Shown: piece after piece, positions 12,761 through 25,262 of the stretch
Position numbering within the stretch: position 1 is the first letter of the stretch
Layout of the letters: each line of letters starts with the position of its first letter
From: Octopus bimaculoides
Lineage: Eukaryota
Direction of reading: 5' to 3'
Length of the DNA: 64,000 nt
Assembly (NCBI RefSeq): GCF_001194135.2
Contig: NC_068982.1
Location: 68,267,300 to 68,331,299 of the forward strand
Position numbers and translations under genes: made by a program
Notes under the pieces: generated by a model
What the model was told of the DNA's origin: nothing
What the model saw: the letters and a program-made list of their open reading frames with translations, nothing else
Database searches by the model: none

Positions 12761-13610
12761 CTTTTATTCTGCATGCTTGTTACAATCACTTGCTGAGACA
12801 CACCCAGCATCCTAGGACGAGTGAAAGATAAGAGATGCTACAATATGACTGAAAGCTTGGGGAGGGGAAGTGACAGGGACAGTAGCAAAATATCTTCATG
12901 TAATACAACATAAACATTTAAACTTATAGCGTCTTTCTAAGGATGTGGGCAGTACTTGCCAGCTCAGTCTTTTGGATTTCTCTGAGACAGGGTTCTTCTG
13001 GGATATTATCTAGATGTTTCTGACATCCCTTTCTTATGATACCTAGGGCACCCACAGTAACAGAAACAGTTCTCGTTTTAAGATGCCACATCTTTCAATT
13101 TCCAGGACCTTATATTTACGTAATTAGTCAAACTCCTTTACAGATATATTTTTATCAGTGATATCAGATATATTTTTATCATATTTTTACATCTGTTAGT
13201 CTACAAGTATTTTTCCTCTGTCTTTAATGATCATGTCTGGTCGATTAGCCTGGATCATTTTGAAACCTACAGTCTCTGCTTTTAGTCCTGAGCTTCTCAG
13301 CCACAGATGTGTTGTTGATTGGTCTACATCAGCATTTCAGCTTCGAAGTATATACTGTCCATGAAGAAGTTTCTGGCTCCACCGCTCCTCAATTTGTTTC
13401 TGCCCATTCATTTTTGCAGTCTGTTTGTTCCATTTTGCTTGTTCGGTGACAGTGGTTTCAGGTTCTTCATCTAAGTCAAGGTTAATGCCGAGTTCCTTTG
13501 CAAATTTGGAAACTTCCTTGACAGCAGAATGTGATTTTTTGCTGCTTTCGTGTTTGCACACAAGTCGCAGCATCCAGTCCTCTGTACTAGATAAGTACTT
13601 GTTCATTGCT

Positions 13611-13612
<2 letters not shown>
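12761..13612 (-). mobile_element. R4/Dong-clade non-LTR retrotransposon 3-prime fragment (restriction-like endonuclease region), pseudogenised
   Basis: Manual minus-strand translation: RWSQKLLHGQY, HLWLRSSGLKAETVGF, ANRPDMIIKD, KYKVLEIE, VTVGALGIIRKG...EIQKTELASTAHILRKTL* (stop 12924-12926); zinc-knuckle segment appears deleted. Confidence 0.85.
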
Positions 13613-13653
<41 letters not shown>

Positions 13654-14222
13654 TAACAGTAATACCTGTTATTGATTAGCTAATTACTTTTACTGTTTCT
13701 TGGGAGCCACATATATATATAAGATATAAGATAATAGTTTCCCCTGAACCATTTATTTTCATTTTGGAGGACAAACAAATGAACAAACACGCAAATGGAC
13801 AGAATGTCTCTCTTATATATATAGATATATAGCACACACACACACACATACACAGACAGATCCTACCACACACACATGCACATTAACACAAACACACACA
13901 CACACAAGCATACGTTACTATACACTACCACACAGACACACACCATGCATGCACACACAGTTACCACCACATGCACACATACTACCATGCACACACACAC
14001 ACAAACACAGTTGCTGCCACACACAACATGCTACTATACATACACACACTACCACACACACACACACACGTGTGTGTGCGTGCACATGCATACTGACCAT
14101 TTTCACACTCTCCTGTTCCAGAAAGCATTTTCTCTTCATTCCTACTTCCGATTACTTACTTCAAAAATGTAACCATACATGATTGTTAGTGCTTTTTTTC
14201 TTCCTTAGTCTTGGACTTTCCT

Positions 14223-14256
14223 GTTTCTGAAGAAGAGCTATGCTCAAACGTAAAAC
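14223..14256 (+). ncRNA. Minimal hammerhead-ribozyme variant (defective copy)
   Basis: GUUU-CUGAAGA-A-GAGC-uau-GCUC-AAAC-GUA-AAAC: helix I and helix II pair; G12 missing. Confidence 0.6.
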
Positions 14257-14424
14257 TTCTAGTCTTTTCCTTCTCTGAGCATCTTATTAATACATTGCTT
14301 ATGCCACGTCCAAACTTTTGTTTGTTTTTTCTTTTCCTCTGTGTTTTTTTAATTGACTAACCTCGTGGATATCTGCGGTGATTTTTTTTCTTCCTCCGTT
14401 TTTCCCTTCTTTGGACTTTCTTTG

Positions 14425-14457
14425 TTTCCGACGAAGAGCTCCGCTCAAAACGTCAAA
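14425..14457 (+). ncRNA. Minimal hammerhead-ribozyme variant (defective copy)
   Basis: UUU-CCGACGA-A-GAGC-ucc-GCUC-AAAAC-GUC-AAA; U4C and G12A changes, the latter at a CpG. Confidence 0.55.
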
Positions 14458-14492
14458 TTCTCTTTCTTTCCTTTCCCGAGCGNNNNNNNNNN

Positions 14493-14538
<46 letters not shown>

Positions 14539-14557
14539 GCATATATATATGGAGTAG

Positions 14558-14607
14558 TCATCACTGATGAGATTTTAATTCAAAGTGAAACTAGACTAGT
14601 ATGATGA
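14558..14607 (+). ncRNA. Type I hammerhead ribozyme motif, copy 1
   Basis: Helix I UCAUCA/UGAUGA, CUGAUGA 14564-14570, GAAA 14587-14590, helix III CUAG-A-CUAG, cleavage triplet GUA 14599-14601; helix II weakened. Confidence 0.75.
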
Positions 14608-14878
14608 TCTCGCTTGCTGTGTCAGTACATAAATATGTGCTTCTTTGCAACCCTAAGAGCTTTTAGCTCTTATTTCTAGCAATGTAAGTGCTACCCTGCA
14701 CTGTGAGCCACAATTAATAACAACTGAATTTTTCCTTTTTGGTTTGATATTGCTTATGGCCACCTTTGTTATTTTATTATTTTCACATTACCATTTTGCT
14801 GAATCATCCACTGATTCATATTGTAAATACTATATCCTGACCGTTGGGATTTAGCCAAACTATCCACCAATGGAATTG

Positions 14879-14928
14879 TCATCACTGATGAGCTTTTGAT
14901 TCAGAGTGAAACTAGACTAGAATGATGA
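14879..14928 (+). ncRNA. Type I hammerhead ribozyme motif, copy 2
   Basis: Helix I UCAUCA/UGAUGA, CUGAUGA 14885-14891, helix II GCUUU/AGAGU, GAAA 14908-14911; triplet is GAA (U16.1 changed to A). Confidence 0.7.
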
Positions 14929-15046
14929 TCTCACTCACTGTAGGGTGGCCATCTCTCCTGTCAGTACATAGACATGTGCTTCTTTGCAACCCTAAGGGCT
15001 TTTAGCTCTTATTTCTAGCAATGTAGGTGCCACCCTGCATCATCAG

Positions 15047-15108
<62 letters not shown>

Positions 15109-15559
15109 CACACACACGTGTGTGTGTATATATATGTATATGCATATATAAGAGAGACTGCATAGCTGTTTATGTCACCTTGTTTTGGCAAATGTGATTT
15201 ATTTATCTGCTTACATATGCACATGCAGATGTGTGCATACACACACACACATATTACATGATGATGGTAAATGAGTGTTAATATCATACAAACTGTGTCA
15301 TTCATTTCCGTTCTTCCCTGACCCCAAGTTTGGTTATGGAGAAATATTATGTAACTTGGAAACATGTGAGAGTTGGTAACAGGAAGGGCATCTGACAATA
15401 AAATTTCTACCTCAACAAACTCCATCCAACCCATGAAGGTATGGAAAAGTGAACATTATTCCTATGAACATATTCTCATTTGGACTAGTGGTTATGATTC
15501 CTGGCTTTCATCCAGGCAGCCAGTGTTCAACTGTCAGCATTAGAACTCTTGATTTTCAT

Positions 15560-16020
15560 AGGTTTAGGTGTGGCTATGTGGTGAAGAAGACCACTTTGTA
15601 ACAACATAGTTTCAGATTCAATCTCACTACACAGTACCTTGGCAACCATTTTCTATTATAGTCTTGGGCTAAAACCAATGCCTTGAAAGGGAATTTGATA
15701 AACAGAAACTGTATGGAAGCCCATCATATATGTGTGCGCATGCATGCATGTATGTGCTTGTGTGTGTGCATGTGCACATGTGTGTGTCCTATATCTGTGT
15801 CATTGTGGCTACGTTTGTCCCCTACCATTACTTGACAACAAACATTGGTTTGTTTACATTCCATTAACTTAGCGGTTCAGCAAAAGAAACCAAAAGAATG
15901 AATACTAGGCATACAAAGAAAATTAAGTCCTGGGGTCAATTTGTTCGACTACACCCTTCAAGATTGTGTTCCAGTATGACTGGAGTCCAATGAGTGAAAT
16001 AAGTCAAAGATGAAAATATG
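15560..16020 (+). mobile_element. SINE-A, diverged full-length copy
   Basis: Head and tail similarity to 2071-2465. Confidence 0.8.
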
Positions 16021-16261
16021 GAAAAGATAGAAATTCAAATAAAAAATATATTTTAAAGTTATGATTAATTTCAGTAGAAAAGAGAGAAGGTGTGGAGTTA
16101 AAGTTTTAGTTTAGATTCGATGCTGATGGCAACATACAATTGAAATTTATTTGATACTAGCTTAAAAGCCACACACTGTCCAGACTTCTAAGTTAGCTCC
16201 TGCAGAGGGCTAATTGGGCCTGCAGCCCAAAACTAAAGGGAGCTAAATAGCATGACTATAT

Positions 16262-16689
16262 CATCATCATCGTTTAACGTCCGCTTTCCATGAACCAGAT
16301 GACGACACCAGGCTCCAATCTGATTTGGCAGAGTTTCTACAGCTGGATGCCCTTCCTAACGCCAACCACTCCGAGAGTGTAGTGGGTGCTTTTACGTGCC
16401 ACCGGCATGAGGGCCAGTCAGGCGGGTACTGGCAACGGCCATGCTCAAAATGGTATATTTTACGTGCCACCTGCACAGGAGCCAGTCCAGCGGCACTGGC
16501 AACAATCTCGCTCGGATGTCTTACTGGCAAAGGCCACACTCGAAATGGTGTATTACGTGTCACCTGCACAGGAGCCAGTCCATCGGCACTGGCAACGATC
16601 TCGCTCAGATGGTTTTTCACGTGCCACTGGCACAAGTGCCAGGAAGGCAACGTTGGTAACGATCAACGACCACGCTCGAAATGTATATA
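16262..16689 (-). mobile_element. SINE-B with 10-bp target-site duplication
   Basis: ATGACTATAT at 16252-16261 and 16690-16699; internal module duplicated. Confidence 0.9.
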
Positions 16690-17392
16690 ATGACTATATG
16701 CCCCGGTGATGTTTGATCAGAGGTTATGGACAGATGTCAATTAATTCTGTAATGCAATCCTTCTATTGTTCCAGTCCCAAGTTGAATTCCAGCTCTTGGC
16801 CAATTTATCCTAAAGTTCTTATTTCAACATAAAATTCATAAGGTGAATGTCATTTATCTCCCCCTTGATCTCTGACATCATCTGACAAATGCCAACCAAG
16901 ATGGTATGAATCAGCCAAGCCTTACCTGCTAGAAATAGCAACCAAAATGCTTTTAAATCAGATCCCAATGCTGGATGTCCAAGAACCAAATGTAGGGCAG
17001 ATTTCCAAAAAGTTATAAATTGTCTATGTAGAGCAAATGTAGACTGAGATACAGGGGTCCTGGATAGACGGACAGATAGAATTTCACGTTTATTATTACA
17101 GAAGTGAAAGAAAAACATGACATATTTTATAAGCGAAAAACCTCCAGTGCTACACTTTGATATCTACCAGCATAGATATACACTGAAATGCTTATAAAAT
17201 ATTTTTGATAAATTAGTATATAATGCACTTTTAGTGTGGACATTTTGAAAATAATAACTGATCAGTTCACAAGCAAGGTAAATCCAATAAGAACAGGCAA
17301 AACTGGATAATCAGGTTTGCTGTACTAAGGAAAATTGACTAAAATAAAAGCATTGAATATACTCTATTCCCATAATGTTAACGAAGGAAATC

Positions 17393-17790
17393 ATGCAGGA
17401 GTGGCTGTGTAGTAAGTAGCTTGCTTACCAACCACATGTTTCAGATTCAGTCCCACTGCATGGCACCTTGGGCAAGAGTTTTCTACTATAGCCTCGGGCT
17501 GACCAAAGCCTTGTGCGTGGAGTTGGTAGATGGAAACTGAAAGAAGCCCGTCATGTGTGTGTGTGCATGTGTGTGCTTGTGTCTCTGTGTTTGTTGCCCC
17601 CTAACATTGCTTGACAACCGATTATGGTGCGTTTACATCCTTGTAACTTAGCGGTTCGGCAAAAGAGACCAATAGAATAAGCACTAGGCTTACAAATACT
17701 AAGTCCTATGGTCGATTTGCTCGACTAAAGACGGTGCTCCAGCATGGCTGCAGTCAAATGACTGAAACAAGTAAAAGAATAAAAGAATAT
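17393..17790 (+). mobile_element. SINE-A, full length
   Basis: Close match to 2071-2465. Confidence 0.9.
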
Positions 17791-17965
17791 ATATANNNNN
17801 NNNNNNNNNNNNNNNNNNNNNNNNNNNNNNNNNNNNNNNNNNNNNNNNNNNNNNNNNNNNNNNNNNNNNNNNNNNNNNNNNNNNNNNNNNNNNNNNNNNN
17901 NNNNNNNNNNNNNNNNNNNNNNNNNNNNNNNNNNNNNNNNNNNNNNNNNNNNNNNNNNNNNNNNN

Positions 17966-18027
<62 letters not shown>

Positions 18028-18688
18028 TGTGTCAGAGTGTGTGTCTCTGTGTGTCAGAGAGAGTTAATGAGTGCATACGTATATGTGTCTCTTTCTTTTC
18101 ATACAAGAAGAAAACTGCATGTAAGTTTTCAAACTATTTTTACAAATTATCTTTTTTTTTTCTTCCTTTTATTTTCTGTATACCTTCTGAAATGATTTGC
18201 TTTGAAAACAAAAATCACCTTTTAAGCAAGGCAACTTGTATAGTTGATTACCACACCATCTCCACAGCTACTACCACCACCACCACCACTTATATTATTA
18301 ATATGATTTTTATTAACTCCCGGCAGAGTTTAAAATTCAGGGCTACGAGGGGACAAATTAATTTCTTCCTTAGAGTCCAAAACCTTTGTGTTTTTGTGGT
18401 GAACTGCATAAACGAGAGAATCAGTTCCATTATATTATCATTAACCTCTGAGGACTATAAAGCATAATCCATTGTCTTTTATCTTTTAATTGCTTCTGTT
18501 ATTGGACCGTGACCATGCTGGGGCATCACCTTGAAGGGTTTTAATTGAAAGAAATCAATCCCAATGCTTACTTTTAAGTTTGGTGCTTATTCTATCAGTT
18601 TCTGTTGCCAAATCACAAAGTTAAAAGGACATAAACAAACTAACACCTGCTGTTGACTGGATAGGGAGCAAAAGAGACTCAAAGAGAT

Positions 18689-18723
<35 letters not shown>

Positions 18724-18765
18724 TATAAATATGTGTATGTGTGAGTGTCTATATGAGTGTGTGTG

Positions 18766-18798
<33 letters not shown>

Positions 18799-19354
18799 AC
18801 ATATTACAATGAGGTTCCACAAAATACCAAACTCACTCATGAGGCATTGGTCAGCCCAGGGCTACAGTAGAGAGAAGGTACTTGCCCAAAGTGTCACGCT
18901 GTGGGATTGAACCCAAACTATATGGCTACAAAGTGAGCTTCTTAACCACATAGCCTATGTCTGTGCCTATGTGAGAATGCTTTGAGCATTTGAAAATACA
19001 AAATCAAAGACAGAAAACAGATATTGATTTTTTTTTTATCAAGGCACAAGGTCAATTTTGCAACAAAAGCTACAAATTTTTTTTCTTTTTTAAATTGTAA
19101 AACAATTTTCTGCAACTTCTAACACTCTAACCTCTTTTGATTCACACAAAAAAAACTGTTTTAATAATTGTGTTATTTGATAGTTACAGGAATTTAATTT
19201 TTTTTTTTTTGTCAAAGTTAAGTGATTTTTCCATTCTGCAATTATTTAGAAGGAAAATTGATTTATGGCTAAGGTACAAGACTACAAATTTATAGGTTAA
19301 TAAAATGTAAGTTGCAGGACATTCTTTTCGTCTTTCATTATCATCACCGTCGGT

Positions 19355-19710
19355 GGAGGCGCAATGGCCCAGTGGTTAGGGCAGCGGACTCGCTGTCATA
19401 GGATCGCAGTTTCGATTCCCAGACCGAAAACACCTAAAGCTCCATGAGGCTCCGGCAGGGGATGGTGGCGAACCCTGCTGTACTCTTCCACCACAACTAT
19501 CTCTCACTCTTACTTCCTGTTTCTGTTGTGCCTGTAATTCAAAGGGTCAGCCTTGTCACACTGTGTCACGCTGAATATCCCCGAGAACTACATTAAGGGT
19601 ACACGTGTTTGTGGAGTGCTCAGCCACTTGCACGTTAATTTCATGAGCAGGCTGTTCCGTTGATCGGATCGACTGGAACCCTCGACAGAGTGCCAACAAC
19701 AACATCATCG
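19355..19710 (+). mobile_element. tRNA-derived SINE family D
   Basis: tRNA-like head GGAGGCGCAATGGCCCAGTGGTTAGGGCAGCGGACTCG with A box 19365-19376 and B box GTTTCGATTCC 19409-19419, then a non-tRNA body and CAACAAC tail. Confidence 0.75.
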
Positions 19711-19949
19711 ACATTGTCATTTTAACATTTACTTTATCATCTTCGCGTGGTTTGGGTGGAAATTGTTGCACCAGATTTTGTACAGCCAGATATCCTTCCT
19801 GTCACCAACACTTCACTCGTTTTTAAGTAAGGAAATATTTTCCCCAAGACTAAACATGTTTTGAAGGAAGATTGGAAACAAAGGCATTGCTTGCATGACA
19901 GTAATACTCATTTACAATTATATTGTCATAAGACAAGGAGATTGCAACA

Positions 19950-20095
19950 CACACCCACACACGCACACACAAATACACATTTATGCATATACATGCACAC
20001 ATACATACATACATACACAGAGACACACATGTACACGCGTGTATACACACACGTGTATACACACACACATACACACAAGCATTCGTACACACATA

Positions 20096-20134
<39 letters not shown>

Positions 20135-20330
20135 ATACATATGAATGTGTGTGTGTACTGTATGTATGTGTGTGTATGCATGTATGTGTATTTGTGTGTG
20201 TGTGTGTGTGTGTGTGTGCTTGTGCTTGTGTGTGCATGTGTCTGTATGTATGTGTGCGTGCGTGCGTTCGTGTGTGTGTGAGTGTGCATGCATGCGTGCA
20301 TGTGTATGTGTACACAAGTATCTTTGTCTC
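19950..20330. repeat. Compound (CA)/(TA)/(TG) microsatellite
   Basis: Directly visible. Confidence 0.95.
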
Positions 20331-20644
20331 TTTCTGTCTGTGTCTGTCCCCTACCACAGCTTGATGACTGTCATTGACTTGTTTATGGTTCCATAACTCA
20401 ATGATCTAGCAAAAGGGACCAAAGAAATAAGTCTCATACTTAAAAATATGTAATGGAATCAATTTGTTTGAGTAAACCCTTCAAGACGGTGTCCCATCAT
20501 GACCATAGACCTATGAGTAAACCAAGTAAAAAAATTAAAATGTTACCTTAAGTGTAGGCTCTGGTTCCTTATCACCATGATTTCTATCTCTCTTTCTGGT
20601 ACCACTGCATCTATCCCCACTTACCTATATATGACCACAGTGGA

Positions 20645-20920
20645 TACATTTCTTTTATTAGCCACACAGGACTCAACACAGAGGGACAAATACAATGTAG
20701 AGCTTTTCTTTTTGGGAGGGGGAAGGAGAAAAAAGGGGGGGGTGATCAAAAGGGATCGTAGGAAAGAAAAAGGGGGGAGTTCAATCAAAAGGGATCGGAA
20801 AAAAAAAGAACAGGTGATCAATAGGGATCGTGTATCACAGTAATGTTCTCATGTAAAAAAGGGGAGGACAGTTTAGGTTTAGCTGTGGAAAGAAAAGCCT
20901 ACGGAAAAGACCACGGTAAC
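20645..20920 (-). mobile_element. Probable LINE 3-prime UTR fragment
   Basis: Minus strand ends TTTGTCCCTCTGTGTTGAGTCCTGTGTGGCTAATAAAAGAAAT with internal GATCCCTTTTGAT repeats; family not assigned. Confidence 0.4.
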
Positions 20921-21678
20921 TTTGGTCAGCCCTGATTCTCTGCCAACTCAACTCACCCCGCTGTCCTTCTTATCCCTTCTGACTCTCTTTCTCTTTCTCT
21001 CTCATTATCTATCTATTTATCTATCTCTGTCTCTCTTTCTCTCTTTCCTTCTCTCTCTCTATCTCTCTCTGTCGCTTTTGATACTCTTCTTTCTTCCATT
21101 CTATTATTCCCTTCCTTGGTACTCTATAAAATATGCACTATTTTCATCTTATTTAAACTGTGTGCTTTTTCTGTACTACTGGGAACAGTTCTCTGCGCCT
21201 TGGGTATATGCTGTTGTTTGCTTTTGTATAGATATTTTTTACTGTATTGAAAGATAAGACGTGTCCAGTGCCTAACAATGCTATTTTCTATATATTGGAT
21301 ATATCTGTAAGTTCTGGTTATGTATGTGTCTGTATGTTTATTTTGTTTTGTTTTTGTCTTTTGTTGGGTTTTTACCTGATTAATAGGGATTGTTTCTCTC
21401 TTCAGATTCAACATTTGTGTTATTTTTATTTTCCATATCATTGATTTCAAGAGTTTTTTCCATTTCCTTTAAAGATACATTGTCACCTGCTGAGATATAT
21501 ATTGATTAGGAGATTCCTTGATGATCCTTGACAACAATATCTAGTCAATAATCTTGATCTCTCTATATGTGTATTGTTGCTTTATCATTTTTTTAGAGAC
21601 CTATTCAGGAGTTTATTATTATCATCATCATCGTTGTTGTTGTTGTTGTTGTTGTTGGTAGTAGTAGTGGTGGTGGTG

Positions 21679-21716
<38 letters not shown>

Positions 21717-22434
21717 GAGTGAGAGAGCAGTGTATGCCATCAAAGTGACACTGAGATACAAATATACAAAGCCCAATATACCCGTCATGACTTCCCGTCT
21801 GATAAGGGTACACCAGGTACATGCATCACAACCATATATGTGCAACGTGATGATCTCATATCAAGACAAACAGGACATGACCTTGCAGGTGGGACCCAGT
21901 TATAATTTTCTTCGGGTTGAGTAGCCAATCCTGCTCAAAAGGTCCCTCAATAAGGGTTGTTGAAGGATGTTGAACAGAACACCCATGTTTCCACAGGTGA
22001 ATTATTTAGACTACCAAGAGTTCCTTTCAACACATGGCTTTGATTGCCTCCCTCTACTTCTGCTCATGATCAGAGATGCACATATCGTCAGCCACTAAGG
22101 GACATGCTCAACTGGTTAAGGTCATGCAACTGACAAGCAAATCTGTGGTATTGAGCAGAATATTTGCTGTAGCCCATCATTTATACCAAGACAAAGCATG
22201 TACATGATAAGACTTCCAATCAGTTAAGATCAAAACCCATGAGAGCCACTGCCTGGAACTGCATCAGAGTATTTATTGATGCTGTTGTCATCTTTTCATC
22301 TTTTTTGAGGTCATTGAAATAAGTACTACTCAAATACTGGGTTGACATTATTAACTATCCTCCTCCCAGCCAAATTTCAAACCTTGTGCTTATATTTTTA
22401 TATTATTAGTATTATTATTATTATTATTATTGCA

Positions 22435-22630
22435 AGCTGGCAGAATCATTAGCATGCTGGATGAAATATTTAGCGGTATTTCACCCATCACTACGTTTTC
22501 AGTTCAAATTCCACTGAGGTCGACTTTGCCTTTCAACCTTTCAGGGTCCATAAATTAAGTACCAGTGAAACACTGGGGTTGATGTAATTGACTAGCCCCC
22601 TTGCCCAAAATTTCAGGCCTTGTTAAGAGA
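22435..22630 (+). mobile_element. SINE-C
   Basis: Matches 12395-12600. Confidence 0.8.
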
Positions 22631-24270
22631 AAGGTTTATCATCATCATCATCATCATCATCATCATTATCATTATTATTATTATTATTATCATTATTATG
22701 GTAGTAGTAGATTGACATTGACAATGATGATGACGACGATGATGATGATGAGAACAATGACAAAGACAATAATAATGGTGATTATCATGATCACGATCAT
22801 TGCTGCCAAGCATGTAACAATCTATCTGACTGAATAAATTGACAAGTGAGAAATGACAGGAAGAAATCCATAGATACAGGATCATTTCATTTGTCTCTCA
22901 ATGAAAGAAACTAATGTGAATTACATACATTTATTATCATGGTATATCTGTTCTAATTTATAATATTCCATGTGAAGGACAGAGCATGACCAAAATAAAG
23001 CAAACAAACTAATACGAGTCTTTGACTAAGCTTTACTTCTAGATAGATAGCTGAAAAGTTTGTATATATATTGTTAATGAGTCTTGCATATCTTGAAATT
23101 CATTATCTTTTCCTGATAGACCTGATACCTTTTACATCCTTCTCATCCTCCTCCTCATACTCATCATCATCATCATCATCATCCTTATCATCATCATTGT
23201 CATTATCATCATGATCACCTGCTTTGTCATATCATCATCACATTCATCATCATCGTCATCATCATTGTTGTCATCATATGTGTGTGTATGTGTGTAAACT
23301 CTGCCAAATCAGATTGGAGCCTCGTGTAGCCACCTGGTCCACCAAGTCCTCATTCAAATCGTCCAACCTATGCAAGCATGGAATGCGGACGTTAAACGAT
23401 GATGATGATGATGATGATGATGATAGATATATATATATATATATGTATATATATACACACACACACAAACACACATATATATACTTACACACATACATAC
23501 ATTCATACATACACACAAGTAGGTAGATTACTAGCTAGATTGACAACTAGACAGATGATGAATAGATAGATAGACAAACAGACAGTCAGGCTAGCAGGCA
23601 GACAGACAAACTGATAGATAGACAGATAGATAGATAGGTGGGCAGATAAACAGATGCACATATGCAAAGGGCTTCTATCAGTTTCCATCTGACCAAATCC
23701 CCTCACAAAGTGTTGATCATGTCAGAGCTATAGTAGAAGACTGTTTTGGTATGGTTTCTACAGCTTGATGCCATTCCTAATGCCAACTACTTTATAGCAT
23801 TTCACTTATTTCACTGTTTCATTTTCCTGTCTTGTTTTCCGTCCACCTCTATCCTCCATGGAACAAATTTAATTTGTGTCCGTGGGAAGAGCCATTTTAA
23901 CGATGTGTCCTGCCCTAACTCTTCGAGACGCCAGTGTTATAATGGTGGCAGCTGATGAAGGAAATGTTATCTATGTGGCCTGTGTGTTTTTTTTGTACCC
24001 TGTTTATCATTTTCTCCATGTTTTTTTCAACGTCATGTACCCAGATATGCATCTATATATACATGTAGATGAAGGTATGTACATATATATGCATATACTC
24101 ATATATTATTTGTATTACTTTACAGCATGAACTGGGTGTTTTTTTATTTATTATTTTTTTTTTTTTTTGTGCTACTTGCAGTACTGAGGTCATCATAAGT
24201 TAATAGGAATAATCATCAGTGTTTTGATAAAAATGTGTACTTCTGCTGCATTCATACATATACACTACAC

Positions 24271-24450
24271 CAGTGGTTCACAACCGGGGTCTGTATGGCT
24301 CCTGAGGGTCCATATAAGATTTTGGGGAATCTGTGCAAGAAAATAGCAAATTGGGAATCAACTGATGTATTTTAAGGGTTCATGAAAAAATTTTGCTTTA
24401 GACGTATTTATTGCAAGAAACAGCTACAAGGTTTCTTTGACATTTTACAT
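24271..24450 (+). mobile_element. hAT-type MITE left part
   Basis: Starts CAGTGGTTCACAACC, a hAT/Charlie-like terminus; interrupted by a SINE-A, no second end found. Confidence 0.45.
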
Positions 24451-24451
24451 T

Positions 24452-24676
24452 ACTCTTTTACTTGTTTCAGTCATTTGACTGCGGCCATGCTGGAGCACCG
24501 CCTTTTAGTGGAGCAAATCGACCCTAGGACTTATTCTTTGGAAGCCTAGTACTTATTCTATCGGTCTCTTTTGCCGAACCGCTAAGTTACGGGGACATAA
24601 ACACACCAGCATCGGTTGTCAAGCAATGTTGGGGGGACAAACACAGACACACAAACACACATATATATACATATAC
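24452..24676 (-). mobile_element. SINE-A 3-prime half, little diverged
   Basis: CpG-retaining reverse-complement match; runs into gap. Confidence 0.9.
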
Positions 24677-25262
24677 NNNNNNNNNNNNNNNNNNNNNNNN
24701 NNNNNNNNNNNNNNNNNNNNNNNNNNNNNNNNNNNNNNNNNNNNNNNNNNNNNNNNNNNNNNNNNNNNNNNNNNNNNNNNNNNNNNNNNNNNNNNNNNNN
24801 NNNNNNNNNNNNNNNNNNNNNNNNNNNNNNNNNNNNNNNNNNNNNNNNNNNNNNNNNNNNNNNNNNNNNNNNNNNNNNNNNNNNNNNNNNNNNNNNNNNN
24901 NNNNNNNNNNNNNNNNNNNNNNNNNNNNNNNNNNNNNNNNNNNNNNNNNNNNNNNNNNNNNNNNNNNNNNNNNNNNNNNNNNNNNNNNNNNNNNNNNNNN
25001 NNNNNNNNNNNNNNNNNNNNNNNNNNNNNNNNNNNNNNNNNNNNNNNNNNNNNNNNNNNNNNNNNNNNNNNNNNNNNNNNNNNNNNNNNNNNNNNNNNNN
25101 NNNNNNNNNNNNNNNNNNNNNNNNNNNNNNNNNNNNNNNNNNNNNNNNNNNNNNNNNNNNNNNNNNNNNNNNNNNNNNNNNNNNNNNNNNNNNNNNNNNN
25201 NNNNNNNNNNNNNNNNNNNNNNNNNNNNNNNNNNNNNNNNNNNNNNNNNNNNNNNNNNNNNN

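Larger units (their letters stand above)
14557..15039 (+). mobile_element. 1.5-unit tandem repeat (321-nt period) carrying two type I hammerhead motifs; retrozyme-like or Penelope terminal repeat
   Basis: 14557-14700 vs 14878-15039: 12 substitutions in 144 aligned nt plus an 18-nt indel; flanked by (TA)n on both sides. Confidence 0.75.

Noticed and set aside
16267-16709. Recurrent MAEFLQLDALPNANHSESVVGAF peptide ORFs
   Set aside because: Antisense translation of non-coding SINE-B copies, not a gene family.
19355-19430. tRNA gene
   Set aside because: A and B boxes are present but there is no complete cloverleaf or poly-T terminator; it continues into a SINE body. The same applies to SINE-A and SINE-E heads.
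21750-22280. Complex sequence that looks like a dispersed repeat
   Set aside because: Single copy in the window with no termini or coding motif, so it cannot be supported from this sequence alone.
23952-23975. CTGATGAAGG motif
   Set aside because: No helix II partner or GAAAC at a suitable distance.
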